The notes beneath the pieces were generated by a model. It was not told the DNA's origin, ran no database searches, and saw only the letters and a list, made by a program, of their open reading frames with translations. From UHGV virus genome UHGV-1373161: a stretch of 63,125 bases of DNA; one strand, written 5' to 3'. Source of the DNA: a virus. The position numbers and the translations under genes were made by a program. This document shows positions 34,974-43,956 of this stretch, piece by piece (the first letter of the stretch is position 1; each line of letters opens with the position of its first letter).

Positions 34974-37316
34974 TCACTGCTGGGGTTGTGGTTGAGGCAG
35001 GCCAGCGGGCTGCTGTTCCTGCTGTTGCTGCTGGGCGGCCTGTTCCTGCTGGGCCTGTTGCTCCTGCATAGCCTGCTGCTCGGCAGCGGCTTGCTGTTGC
35101 TGCTCGGCCTGCATCACTGCAGCCTGGCGGGCTTCTTCCTCGCCTTCTGTCCGCGAGAGGAAGCTGGATTCATGGAGAATGTTGTCTGCTACCGGAACGG
35201 CGGCAGGTTGTGACAGCGCCATAAGTGCGGCTTCCAGCGCAGCTTTTTGGGTATTGACGTTCTGACCGGCCATTGATGCGAGGATCTGCTGTGCCTGCGC
35301 CTGCTCTTTGCCAGCTGACGCGGCGTTTTTCTGCGCATTGCTCTGTTTGAGCGCGGCGTCCGCCTCGTCTTTGGCAATGGCGGCCAGCTGTGCCCGCTGC
35401 TGCAGCTCTGCCTGCGCCTGCTTGGCCTTCTCGGCGGCAATCTCTTCCGGGGTCGGCTCTTCGGCGTCCGGGTCGCGCATACCAGTGACCTGGCGGATAC
35501 GCTTAACCAGCTCTTCACGGCTGGTGATATCCATCCCTTCGACCAGAATATCCATCATGACCAGTGCCAGCTGCGGTGCTACCGGTGCCAGCTGCTGCAG
35601 CAGGCCGAAAAGCTCTTCGGTCTGCGCCTGGCGGATGGTATTACGCCAGTCTTCTTCGCCAATGACGAAATCAGCCTTCGAGCGAATGATATCATTGTCC
35701 GGATCCCCATCGTTGATGGTGATGTATTCCGGGGTATTGCGCATGTTCGTGATGCGGAATTGCTTCTCTTCGCTGTAGAACTGTTCGATGGCGGATAGCA
35801 GCTTCTCACCATGCACCTGGACGGCATAACGCAGGTTGTCGAAGATAAGCGCCGTAGCCAGACCGCCCTGCTCCTGGCGCGCCGTGATGGCCTTACCGCT
35901 TGATGCGTTCGTTTGGCGGCCCAGGTTCTCATCGGTGACGCCGGAAACCTGCTGAATCATGCCGATAGCTTGGCTCATCATTTGCAGGTGAGAGGCCGCA
36001 AGCTCACGGTCAGCGTTGATGATTAGCTCTTTGCCTTGTTTCTTGACGATAACGGCATCCGGCCGGGCAACCTCTTCCCTGAACTCGTCCAGATCGTCTA
36101 CAGCACCCTCGTCCATGATGGTTTTGTTCGTGGATATGATATGCAGCGCCTTACTGGCACGCTTATTGATATCTTCCTGCATGTCGCGCAGGTTACGGAT
36201 CACGCCATACGGCAGCTTGTCGCGACCACGGCGATAGCACCAGATAGGCGTAAACGGGTATGAGTTGTGCCGGTACGGGCTTGGTCCATCCCAAAGCATG
36301 CCACCGACGCAGAATATTGAGACGCGCATACGCATGGCGCGGGGAATAGTGACCGGATATCCTCGCTGAGCCTCAATGTCAGCCTGGTGGCCGGGTGCCG
36401 GGTCATCCGGGTCGTAGATCTCGCCGTTGAAGTCGCCACCGCGCATTTTTTCCACTTCTTCGGTGACTTTGTGCCAAGCCTCGATGATGCGGACCCGCTC
36501 GCGCTTGAAGGTGGTGACGGCATTGCGGTAGTGCGATGTCTCGTTGAGGCGTTCCTGGCTGTCGGAAGCGTCGTCTCCGTAGTCGTCGATCTCCCAGTCA
36601 TTGGCAGCGCGCGCACACATGCGCAGCAGTCCAGCACGGTCAGGGAACATCGCTTCGGCTACATCGAGATCCACCCACTTAAAGCGGAACACATAGCGGG
36701 CGTCTGACAGGTCCGGCTCTGTGCAGGCGCTATCCCACAGGATGTTTCGCCAGCTCTCGTAGCGGTCATAGACCGGCTCGCCGTCTTCAGGCTGCTGCAG
36801 GCCTTCTTCCATCCAGCCTACGCCTACCTTCGTGCAATCCTCAAAAGCCCGGCTGCGGTGGAATGGTGAGCGGTTGATGTCGCTCAGATACTTCATGAGC
36901 TGGGTCTTGCGCTCTGCGGCCTTACCGGCATCTTTCCGGCGCGGCAGGATTTTCCAGTCCGTGCGTCCGCGCTTTTCGGTGCCGATGATCCAGTTGATGC
37001 TGGTGGCAATGACGTTATAGACCAGCGGCACCTGCCCGCGCTCTCTCAGCGCTGCTGCGTCCTGCTCACGCCACTGGATGCCATCATAGAAATCTTCGTC
37101 CCTGGCCTGCTGCTGGCGGTTATCTGCCTGACGGGCCAGCTCATCCTGGAATATTCCCAGGAGGCGCGCATAGCGATTGACCATATCGGGATGGTCTAAT
37201 TCATGGTCGGGTTTCCCGCGCTCTTCCTCGCTGGCGTATGCTGCGTCTGGTAAGTCATCGAGCGGCACATGTCTGGCGTCGCGCAGGTCAAAGCCCGTAT
37301 CTGGTTTATCAAACAC
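34974..37316 (-). CDS. Portal protein, 780 aa, with long Gln-rich C-terminal helical extension
   Basis: Size and position after terL; C-terminal AAAEQQAMQEQQAQQEQ barrel-like tail as in P22-type portals. Confidence 0.7.
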   Translation of the reverse strand: MFDKPDTGFDLRDARHVPLDDLPDAAYASEEERGKPDHELDHPDMVNRYARLLGIFQDELARQADNRQQQARDEDFYDGIQWREQDAAALRERGQVPLVYNVIATSINWIIGTEKRGRTDWKILPRRKDAGKAAERKTQLMKYLSDINRSPFHRSRAFEDCTKVGVGWMEEGLQQPEDGEPVYDRYESWRNILWDSACTEPDLSDARYVFRFKWVDLDVAEAMFPDRAGLLRMCARAANDWEIDDYGDDASDSQERLNETSHYRNAVTTFKRERVRIIEAWHKVTEEVEKMRGGDFNGEIYDPDDPAPGHQADIEAQRGYPVTIPRAMRMRVSIFCVGGMLWDGPSPYRHNSYPFTPIWCYRRGRDKLPYGVIRNLRDMQEDINKRASKALHIISTNKTIMDEGAVDDLDEFREEVARPDAVIVKKQGKELIINADRELAASHLQMMSQAIGMIQQVSGVTDENLGRQTNASSGKAITARQEQGGLATALIFDNLRYAVQVHGEKLLSAIEQFYSEEKQFRITNMRNTPEYITINDGDPDNDIIRSKADFVIGEEDWRNTIRQAQTEELFGLLQQLAPVAPQLALVMMDILVEGMDITSREELVKRIRQVTGMRDPDAEEPTPEEIAAEKAKQAQAELQQRAQLAAIAKDEADAALKQSNAQKNAASAGKEQAQAQQILASMAGQNVNTQKAALEAALMALSQPAAVPVADNILHESSFLSRTEGEEEARQAAVMQAEQQQQAAAEQQAMQEQQAQQEQAAQQQQQEQQPAGLPQPQPQQ

Positions 37317-37740
37317 GTTCGATTACCTCAGAGTGATGGGTTTTCCCTGTGTCGTGGTCGGTGCGGAATGCATCTGCGACGACGACGCCGGTTGTCGGCT
37401 TGGGAGGGATAGCGATCAGGTCGCCCAGGTGGTCATGAATGAGGGTTACTATCTTCATGGCGGCGAACACGTTGCCGGTGTCCATGTTGTTCATATCGAG
37501 GAAGGCCATGCACATGACGCGGTTCAGTTGCGGCATTGCCTGGGGGTCTTCCGGGTTCCACTGCCAGGCGTCATCGAGGTCGATAATCAGCGGGCGGCAG
37601 CGGTCAGCACCGATGCGATAGGTTGGAACAACAACGAGGCACGGCTGATGCTCGACCCCGTACCATGTACCGTAAATGGTCAGATCCCCGCGCGTATGCA
37701 CGAAATGGTACTGAGTCAGGTCTAAAACGTGCTCTGCCAT
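37309..37740 (-). CDS. Hypothetical protein, 143 aa, between terL and portal
   Basis: ORF overlapping the portal start by 8 nt; palindrome site A just upstream. Confidence 0.4.
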   Translation of the reverse strand: MAEHVLDLTQYHFVHTRGDLTIYGTWYGVEHQPCLVVVPTYRIGADRCRPLIIDLDDAWQWNPEDPQAMPQLNRVMCMAFLDMNNMDTGNVFAAMKIVTLIHDHLGDLIAIPPKPTTGVVVADAFRTDHDTGKTHHSEVIERV

Positions 37741-37771
37741 GATTGCCCTCTGTTGCGTTTATGTCTTATGC

Positions 37772-37788
37772 GTTGCCAGTATAGCAAC
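37772..37788. promoter_or_regulatory. 17-bp palindrome site A (GTTGCCagtatAGCAACac)
   Basis: In the 53-nt gap between the terL stop and the 143-aa gene. Confidence 0.55.
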
Positions 37789-37793
37789 ACTTA

Positions 37794-39413
37794 TCACACA
37801 GCCATACCCGAAGTATTTCGTCTCGGCTTCGCCTTTGTGCGGCGGCGGCCAGCGTTCGGGTCTGATCCGTACACCTGCGCCCACTGACGGAAGGCGTCGG
37901 CGGCCTCACTGTGACCGTCGTCTTTCTCCGGCTGGTCGGTGAAAGTCTGCATTCTGGCATTATATTTTTTCCGGTAGCTATCCAGGTGAGCAACGCCCTC
38001 TTTGCAGGCATCCTTATCGATCCAGGCTGTTGCCATCATGTTCCTGGTAATCTGGATGCCGTGCTGCAGCTCGCTGACGCGCTCAACGATCTCGATGCGG
38101 CGGCGGCCTTCCTTCTCCAGCATTTCTTTCGGCGTCAGGTTGGCATTCTGCCCCTGCCGTACATGGTTGCCGTCGTGAGGCAGATAGTCGGTGCCCCAAA
38201 CGTACCCCAGCTTGTCCAGCTCCCGGACGTAATAGCCGTATGGTTCGTCCCAGCCCTCAATGAAGCCGATAAATCGATGCTCCTGCCCAATGTGCTGGTG
38301 CAGCCAGATAGCCGTTCCGTCGCCACTGCCGATGTCCCAAAACGTGTTGACGGGATAGCCAGGCGTATACGGTACGGTGGTAAGGCGCTTCTCCTTGCGC
38401 ATCTTGACCATCTGTTTGGTGTAGTAGCAGCCCTCGGTCGATTTCTGGAAAGCCTCTTCCGGCGAGCTGGGGTATTCCTGCCACATCTTTTCGTCCTGGC
38501 CGGAATAGACGTTATCACGCGTGCTCACCCACCATGCCCGCTGCTCGATATCGATCATGGTGTCCATTTTGGCTTCTATCTCGTCAAAATATTCGTGCTC
38601 TGTCTTCGAGATATCGACCAGCTCCGGATCCATGCGGTACTGCATGTCCTCCCACCAGGGATAGAAGTGGAAGGCGAACTCCTTGTTCGTGAGCCTGCGC
38701 CCCAGGGCGGCAATCTTCTGCGCACGCTGGCACATCATGAAGAACTCGCCTTCCCGGCCTTCAGCGGTGGACTCGATGAAAATCATGCCCATTTCAGCCG
38801 CCGGGATTGAGCCGGTCACTACCTCATTGGCGCGGTCAGGGAACTTGGCGCAGATTTTACCGAACTCGGAAATGTGCAGGTGGGTCAGCGTACCGCCACG
38901 GAATGAGGTGGCAACGCTCACCTTGCTGCCGTTGTGGGCGAATTCCAGCGCGTCGGCGCGGTCGCGTACCAGCGGCATCACCGCACGCAGAACATCCGGC
39001 AGGTTGTCATAGCCGAACTTCACCTTGTCCCTGAATATCTCCTCAGCCATGTCCTGGTTATGCGCTACGATAGCCGCTGTCGTCGGGTTATTGGCTGGGG
39101 CGAACAAAGCACAGTCGAGAAACAGGATGGCGATGAACGTCGTGAAGCCCAGCTGGCGCGCCTTTAAGATGATGTTGCGCTTGTGCAGTCTCTTCAGCAG
39201 CTTCCGCTGCGCCCGGTTCGGCTTGAATGGCACAATACGGACTTCGCTTTCATCCTCTTCCCCGAACTCATCTCGCGGTTTGGTCTTGATTTTGTACAGC
39301 TGCCCGGAACACAGCCTCCAGTATGGGTCACTGAGGCACTGGAACAGCTCGTCATCGTTCGATGGCACGAAATCGAGCGGCACTGAGCCGGGTTTAGCCG
39401 CCTGCAAACTCAT
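37794..39413 (-). CDS. Terminase large subunit
   Basis: 540 aa from ATG 39413 (MSLQAAK) with GAGGGGG SD; Walker-A-like ARQLGFTTF; C-terminal nuclease acidic residues. Confidence 0.8.
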   Translation of the reverse strand: MSLQAAKPGSVPLDFVPSNDDELFQCLSDPYWRLCSGQLYKIKTKPRDEFGEEDESEVRIVPFKPNRAQRKLLKRLHKRNIILKARQLGFTTFIAILFLDCALFAPANNPTTAAIVAHNQDMAEEIFRDKVKFGYDNLPDVLRAVMPLVRDRADALEFAHNGSKVSVATSFRGGTLTHLHISEFGKICAKFPDRANEVVTGSIPAAEMGMIFIESTAEGREGEFFMMCQRAQKIAALGRRLTNKEFAFHFYPWWEDMQYRMDPELVDISKTEHEYFDEIEAKMDTMIDIEQRAWWVSTRDNVYSGQDEKMWQEYPSSPEEAFQKSTEGCYYTKQMVKMRKEKRLTTVPYTPGYPVNTFWDIGSGDGTAIWLHQHIGQEHRFIGFIEGWDEPYGYYVRELDKLGYVWGTDYLPHDGNHVRQGQNANLTPKEMLEKEGRRRIEIVERVSELQHGIQITRNMMATAWIDKDACKEGVAHLDSYRKKYNARMQTFTDQPEKDDGHSEAADAFRQWAQVYGSDPNAGRRRTKAKPRRNTSGMAV

Positions 39414-39439
39414 CGCGCCCCCTCGAAAAGCAACGATGT

Positions 39440-39470
39440 GAAGATATTGCACAGAAAACCGCTATAATGC
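39440..39470 (+). promoter_or_regulatory. Candidate promoter of the XRE gene (perfect TATAAT at 39462-39467)
   Basis: TATAAT 45 nt upstream of ATG 39512; the -35 is weak or ambiguous (TTGCAC at a 10-nt spacer). Confidence 0.3.
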
Positions 39471-39511
39471 GGTGAGGCAAGTGCATTTATTTCACTTTGA
39501 GGATATCGAAT

Positions 39512-39730
39512 ATGGGCGGATTTGAACTGAAACTCTGGCGCAATGGCCTGGGCTGGTCCCAGGAACGGGCAGCTGAAGAGCTGGGAGTGAGCAGACGGAC
39601 TTACCTTACGTGGGAACAGAAAGGCACCTCCCGCGTGGTCGAACTTGCCACGCAGGCGCTGTCCATCAAAGCCGAATGGCCTGAAACCGCCAAAAAGCTG
39701 AATAGGCTGTCCACTCTCGCGAAACACTAA
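39512..39730 (+). CDS. XRE-family HTH regulator, 72 aa, antisense between terS and terL
   Basis: GAGGA SD 7 nt upstream; LGWSQERAAEELGVSRRTYLTWEQKG is a canonical HTH_3; stop overlaps the terS stop convergently. Confidence 0.5.
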   Translation: MGGFELKLWRNGLGWSQERAAEELGVSRRTYLTWEQKGTSRVVELATQALSIKAEWPETAKKLNRLSTLAKH

Positions 39731-40509
39731 GTATCCTCTTTGTCCTGCTTAACTGGGGTGATAAGCGCGCCGGGCAGCTGCTGTAGCAGAACTTGCAATG
39801 GGTTCTGCTCATCCCCTTTAAGTGTCAGCTTATCATTGAACATGCCCAGGTGCCTCGCAATCTGGTCGAGCGCTGCTTTCTGGTCATGCATTTTTACTTC
39901 CAGCCCCTCTTTCGACTGCTTCACGCCTGCGAATAGAGCCAGCGCTGCCGGTGAAAGGTTGCGGGTGTCCTGAAAGTAGGTGCTCAGATGGCCGTCGCCG
40001 TGACACTCCGGGCATTTGGCGTGCGGAGAGAGTGAGGAGTCGAATCCATAACCACCTTCATCGGTGATATCGCGTGGCGGCCTATCTTCCTGTTGTGCTG
40101 CCATAGCCTCGCGCGCTTTGGCGTTCTCGAACTCGGCCTCATCCTTCCACTGGAATGCATGGTCAATGCCATAGCAGTGACGGCAGCACGTCCGGCGCAG
40201 CTGTGTCAGCTCGTTCGGGTTGGCGGTCGCTATCATCCAGTACCGCTGTAACACCATGTCCTGGGTGATTTTGGTGCGCTCTGAGCGCTTCTCCATGCCA
40301 GCCAGGATCGCAGCGTAGACCAGAGGCTTCACCTTACCATTGCTGACCCACATGTAGGCTTTCGTTCGGGCAACGGTGGCGCTATAACCGGCCGCAAGTG
40401 CAGCCCGTTCCGGTGACAAATCGATTAGATATTCGTCCACAAAGCGTTTATCGCGTGCTGATAGCTTTGTGGCCTTTGCTGTAGGCGTCTTGGTTTGTTT
40501 CCTGTTCAT
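39727..40509 (-). CDS. Terminase small subunit (Terminase_2/P27-like)
   Basis: KRFVDEYLIDLSPERAALAAGYS motif; first gene of the late operon. Confidence 0.7.
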   Translation of the reverse strand: MNRKQTKTPTAKATKLSARDKRFVDEYLIDLSPERAALAAGYSATVARTKAYMWVSNGKVKPLVYAAILAGMEKRSERTKITQDMVLQRYWMIATANPNELTQLRRTCCRHCYGIDHAFQWKDEAEFENAKAREAMAAQQEDRPPRDITDEGGYGFDSSLSPHAKCPECHGDGHLSTYFQDTRNLSPAALALFAGVKQSKEGLEVKMHDQKAALDQIARHLGMFNDKLTLKGDEQNPLQVLLQQLPGALITPVKQDKEDT

Positions 40510-40589
40510 AACGTGTCCTTGCGGGTTGACATATCCGCATGCATCGGGAATCGCTCCCGGATCGCTTTGTTGCGATTGTAGAAACAGGG

Positions 40590-40607
40590 GTTACGAAATG
40601 CAAACAC
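40590..40607. promoter_or_regulatory. Palindrome-family variant GTTACgaaatGCAAACAC in the terS / plus-island divergent region
   Basis: 17-nt identity with 33806-33824; overlaps the start codon of 40598 and lies about 80 nt upstream of terS. Confidence 0.4.
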
Positions 40608-40864
40608 TCAAGCCGATAGATGGGCGGTGGCTTTACTGGCAGCAGGTAGACCTGGCAAACGGTGTTTTCCGTGTGCAGGGCGCTGAATGGCGTACGGAAT
40701 GTCCAGACTTAACCGAATGGGTTGACTGGACCGGTTCGGCGCAGCTGGAAGAAGAGATCGGCCTGGCTCTCGATATGCTTGGCGCGTACATGCTTGGTAA
40801 ATGGGTTGGCTTCGGACGGACGATAGACGGCATCTGTCATGGTATAGCCTGGATGGTGTCCTGA
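40598..40864 (+). CDS. Hypothetical protein, 88 aa (first gene of the plus-strand island)
   Basis: ATG with AGGGGT SD; Trp-rich, no known motif. Confidence 0.4.
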   Translation: MQTLKPIDGRWLYWQQVDLANGVFRVQGAEWRTECPDLTEWVDWTGSAQLEEEIGLALDMLGAYMLGKWVGFGRTIDGICHGIAWMVS

Positions 40865-41008
40865 TGCGTGACCACTATTGTCCGTGGATAGGCAACACTT
40901 GCTAAGCGCTTTGTTGCCATATCGCACCATCTGATTGCATATTTACAATACTTTTCTGGCGTTACCGCTAACGCTATATTATGATTACCTTGTACCGCGC
41001 AATATGCG

Positions 41009-41019
41009 CCAATAACAAC
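41009..41019 (+). promoter_or_regulatory. Leader motif CCAATAACAAC, 12 nt upstream of the 41032 start
   Basis: Same 11-mer precedes the starts at 57587 and 58137. Confidence 0.4.
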
Positions 41020-41031
41020 GAGGTAACACCC

Positions 41032-41355
41032 ATGACTACCGAATGCACCGCTCTGCGTACTGATGGCTTTATAACCAATATCAAATCACGCAATCCATTC
41101 GATGTTATCCGCGCCGATGTAGTGCTGGAACGGCTGCATAAGCAGGCTTACCAGGGCTGTGGCCTGTACTATGAGATTTATGAGGCCCGGCTGTTAGGTA
41201 TGGCCATCGCCCATCTTGAATTGCTGCCTCAGAAAGACCGTCAGACGTTCATCGCTGCAGCTGAAAAGAAAGGTTTCACGCTGAGCATGGAAGAGCTGGA
41301 ACGCGCTGACGAAGCGCGTGCAGATGTTATGAGAGAAATTCGAGCTGATTACTGA
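41032..41355 (+). CDS. Hypothetical protein, 107 aa
   Basis: ATG with GAGG SD. Confidence 0.45.
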   Translation: MTTECTALRTDGFITNIKSRNPFDVIRADVVLERLHKQAYQGCGLYYEIYEARLLGMAIAHLELLPQKDRQTFIAAAEKKGFTLSMEELERADEARADVMREIRADY

Positions 41356-41367
41356 GCAGGTGCCAAC

Positions 41368-41532
41368 ATGCCAAAATTACCAAGCGTTTTCCCGATTATT
41401 CATGACCACGGCACTGATGCCAAAGGCGCGGAGCGTCACTGCCTGTCACTGGTGAAAGGCGGCTGGTCTGCAAAACTTGTGCGCCCTGCCGGTCGCGGCT
41501 GGCGCGTCGTTATCTCCGGATATCGCGGATAA
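41368..41532 (+). CDS. Small basic protein, 54 aa, not in the ORF track
   Basis: MPKLPSVFPIIHDHGTDAKGAERHCLSLVKGGWSAKLVRPAGRGWRVVISGYRG; weak SD. Confidence 0.25.
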   Translation: MPKLPSVFPIIHDHGTDAKGAERHCLSLVKGGWSAKLVRPAGRGWRVVISGYRG

Positions 41533-41566
41533 AACCTCTTACAGCCCGCAGGGCTAAGGATCATAT

Positions 41567-41833
41567 GTGAACAGCACTACACCGCGCACCCAGCGCAGAC
41601 GCCAGCCACCGCTGGAAGTAAATCAGAGCCTGATTGAAAAGCTGAATGGATTTGTCGAAAGCGCCCGCAAGGGCGAGCAGGATACCGATTACGAATACGC
41701 GATCCGCATGTGGCGCTTCGCTATCCAGATCGTGGAGCAGTTGAGCCACCGGGAAGCTGAGAAGCGTGTGCCGTATTACCTGAACCGCATCGACTTCTGC
41801 GAGAAAATGGTGAAGCGGGGTAAGCGGTCATGA
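41567..41833 (+). CDS. Hypothetical protein, 88 aa
   Basis: GTG start 7 nt after AAGGA. Confidence 0.4.
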   Translation: MNSTTPRTQRRRQPPLEVNQSLIEKLNGFVESARKGEQDTDYEYAIRMWRFAIQIVEQLSHREAEKRVPYYLNRIDFCEKMVKRGKRS

Positions 41834-42072
41834 TTACGATCCCCGTCACCGGCTACGCAATCGTCCTGGCGTGCTCAATTAACGCTGGCACGCCGGATTG
41901 CATCGAGCAGCTGGCTACCGGCTATGTGTGGGCCAATGCCCAGCGCTGCCAGGAAGAGCTGGACCACGCGAAAATACCTGGCGCGCAGTGCCAGAGCCTT
42001 TCCGGCATCACCGTTTCTGATGAAGGCACCGGCCCGGCACTGGCACGCATGATCGACGTGGAGGGTATGTGA
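41830..42072 (+). CDS. Small exported/lipoprotein-like protein, 80 aa
   Basis: N-term hydrophobic ITIPVTGYAIVLAC (lipobox-like VLAC); ATGA coupling. Confidence 0.35.
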   Translation: MITIPVTGYAIVLACSINAGTPDCIEQLATGYVWANAQRCQEELDHAKIPGAQCQSLSGITVSDEGTGPALARMIDVEGM

Positions 42073-42290
42073 CTAAACCAAATCCCGGCGCGCTGCGAGC
42101 GCGGAGCTACACCAAACGTCGCCAGGATCAGGGGGACGTTAAAACTACCGTGTGGCTGAAAGGAAAGACAAACGCTGTCATTCAGGAGCTGGCGAAGCAG
42201 GAGGGAGTAACACGCGATGAGCTGATAGAGCGCATCTGTAACGGCTACATCGAGTTTAAAACCAGACCAGTGACCCAACCCCACGAATAA
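42069..42290 (+). CDS. Ribbon-helix-helix-like small protein, 73 aa
   Basis: KTTVWLKGKTNAVIQELAKQEGVTRDELIERI has strand-helix-helix architecture; GTG start in GTGA overlap. Confidence 0.35.
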   Translation: MTKPNPGALRARSYTKRRQDQGDVKTTVWLKGKTNAVIQELAKQEGVTRDELIERICNGYIEFKTRPVTQPHE

Positions 42291-42328
42291 ACAGCAGGAG
42301 CGCCCGTAAGCGCTCCTGTTTCGTTTTA
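42289..42328. terminator. Bidirectional rho-independent terminator between convergent operons
   Basis: AACAGCAGGAGCGC-ccgtaa-GCGCTCCTGTT followed by TTCGTTTTAT on plus and a T-rich run on minus. Confidence 0.6.
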
Positions 42329-43078
42329 TGGGGCATCCTCCCTCTTTCGCTCTTCATCCATCGCCAGCGCCTGGGCAACTACCTCATCGCGGTGCGCTTC
42401 AAACTTCTGCCGCGCCTCCTGGCGCTGCCTGGCCTGCTCTGCTTCGGCATCGTATTCCGCCTGGCGCATCGATTCACGCCAGGTTCGCATTAGCTCAGCC
42501 ATGCGGGCGCGGTTGTCCTTCACCTGTTCAGGGCTTAGGTTCGGCAGCGCCAGCGCATCCTCTTGGCGCTGCGGAGGCAAAAGCCCACGGTTAACAGCCT
42601 GATCGACAGCGACGGCACGCAGCTGCTTATCCCATCCTTCGGAAACCTCGATGTTAGGAGCACCACCAGCTGCCTTTGCGATTGATACACTGCGGTCGTA
42701 GGCAGCAATGAAGGCCATGCGCGCCCCGATCTTGTCTCCCTCCTCCAGCAGCGGCAGTGCGATATTGAAAGCGTCCCGCGCCTCCCTGGTCCACACCACC
42801 GTGTTTCGCTCGTCAGCGGCTGGCAGCGCCAGTGACCAAGCCTCATTAGCGGACAGCCAGTCCCTGCCCGGTGACAACATGTCGATGATCGCCTTCAGCG
42901 TCAGTCTGCCGGTCGCCTCCTTCCGGACGCGGTTCAGCGCGGTCATCACTTCGTGGAAAGGGTATTCATCCAGATCCTGCGCCATCACCAGCGCGGTGGT
43001 GGGCTTCATTTCACCCCCCATCACTTCGGCGGTCGCCACCAGCGTGCGCAGGACGTGTTCTTTCTCTTCGAGCGTCAT
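42326..43078 (-). CDS. Replication protein, 250 aa (helicase-loader/P-like candidate)
   Basis: Immediately downstream of and overlapping the O-like initiator gene; no Walker motif seen. Confidence 0.35.
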   Translation of the reverse strand: MTLEEKEHVLRTLVATAEVMGGEMKPTTALVMAQDLDEYPFHEVMTALNRVRKEATGRLTLKAIIDMLSPGRDWLSANEAWSLALPAADERNTVVWTREARDAFNIALPLLEEGDKIGARMAFIAAYDRSVSIAKAAGGAPNIEVSEGWDKQLRAVAVDQAVNRGLLPPQRQEDALALPNLSPEQVKDNRARMAELMRTWRESMRQAEYDAEAEQARQRQEARQKFEAHRDEVVAQALAMDEERKREDAP

Positions 43079-43956
43079 TCTCTGCCCTCCCGCTCCCTCA
43101 GCATGCGGATAGCTTCATCGGCGGCATTCGCGTTGGTTTGAGTGCTGTCAATCTGGCGGGCGCGGCCAGCGGTCATTGTCCGGCCAGTGATCCACTGGGT
43201 GCGGTATACCTCGGCGTCTTTCACCAGAAGCTCCAGCGTGTGCATGCGGCGAATGACATAGGACTCATTCACGTTCTGGACGTAGAAGCGGGCAACGCCG
43301 GGCGCTTCCTTGCCCAGCCGCTTAATCAGCTCCTTCACATGCGTGTTGGTTTTGGCATTGCGCGGGAAGGTGGTGCCGTAGCGTGTCAGGTATGCAGCGT
43401 CGAACCACTCCCAAAAGACTTCCCGGATCCGTTCGTAGCTGGGGCCGTTGTTCCTTTCGTCGTGCTGTTGCTGTTCCGACAACACTGCAGGCACGTTAAA
43501 ACCACCAGCGGCCGGGGCGGGATTTCCCGCACCGGTTAAAGGTTCACTTCCTGGTTCTACTTCCTGGTTAATATTACTGTTTTGTAGCTCACTGTGAACC
43601 GACCCGTCAGCCGTCTGTGACCCTACCACTCCCCCTGATTTTGAACCTACCCCAGTCTTTTTCTGAACTGGGTGGGTTCTCTGTGAACTGACGTCAAGAT
43701 GCAGGTGATACTGGTTCGGCAGACTGACGCCGTTTAGCTCTCTGTGCTCGATGGTCAGCAGGCCAGCAGCCTCCAGTTTCTCGATGCAGCGCTTCAACGT
43801 TGACAGGCTCATGCCGCATTCGCGCGCCAGGCGCTTATGTGCCGGATCGCAGCGCCCGGTATCGTGGTTGCAGCGGTTGGCCAGCATCACCAGCACGATT
43901 TTCTCGTTTGCCTTCAGCTCCTGCTCGGTGGCCCATGTCATTGCCTGGAAGCTCAT
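43075..43956 (-). CDS. Replication initiator/replisome organiser (O-like) with N-terminal winged HTH
   Basis: N-term KIVLVMLANRCNHDTGRCDPAHKRLARECGMSLSTLKRCIEKLEAAGLL is the phage replisome-organiser N-terminal pattern. Confidence 0.5.
   Translation of the reverse strand: MSFQAMTWATEQELKANEKIVLVMLANRCNHDTGRCDPAHKRLARECGMSLSTLKRCIEKLEAAGLLTIEHRELNGVSLPNQYHLHLDVSSQRTHPVQKKTGVGSKSGGVVGSQTADGSVHSELQNSNINQEVEPGSEPLTGAGNPAPAAGGFNVPAVLSEQQQHDERNNGPSYERIREVFWEWFDAAYLTRYGTTFPRNAKTNTHVKELIKRLGKEAPGVARFYVQNVNESYVIRRMHTLELLVKDAEVYRTQWITGRTMTAGRARQIDSTQTNANAADEAIRMLREREGRE

Noticed and set aside
39414-39452. Upstream TTG/ATG starts for terL (track start 39452)
   Set aside because: ATG 39413 has a GAGGGGG SD at ideal spacing; the longer extension would overlap the XRE promoter and has no RBS
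39410-39727. Minus-strand 105-aa ORF in the terS-terL gap
   Set aside because: Low-complexity nonsense sequence; the same DNA encodes a canonical XRE HTH with SD and TATAAT on the plus strand
40526-40531. Perfect TTGACA -35 hexamer as a sigma-70 promoter for the plus island
   Set aside because: No acceptable -10 at 16-18 bp spacing (GAATCG/ATCGCT); reported only as context
42326-43078. Calling the 250-aa replication-region protein a DnaC/DnaB-type ATPase
   Set aside because: No Walker A/B motifs; kept only as a P-like/unknown replication protein by position
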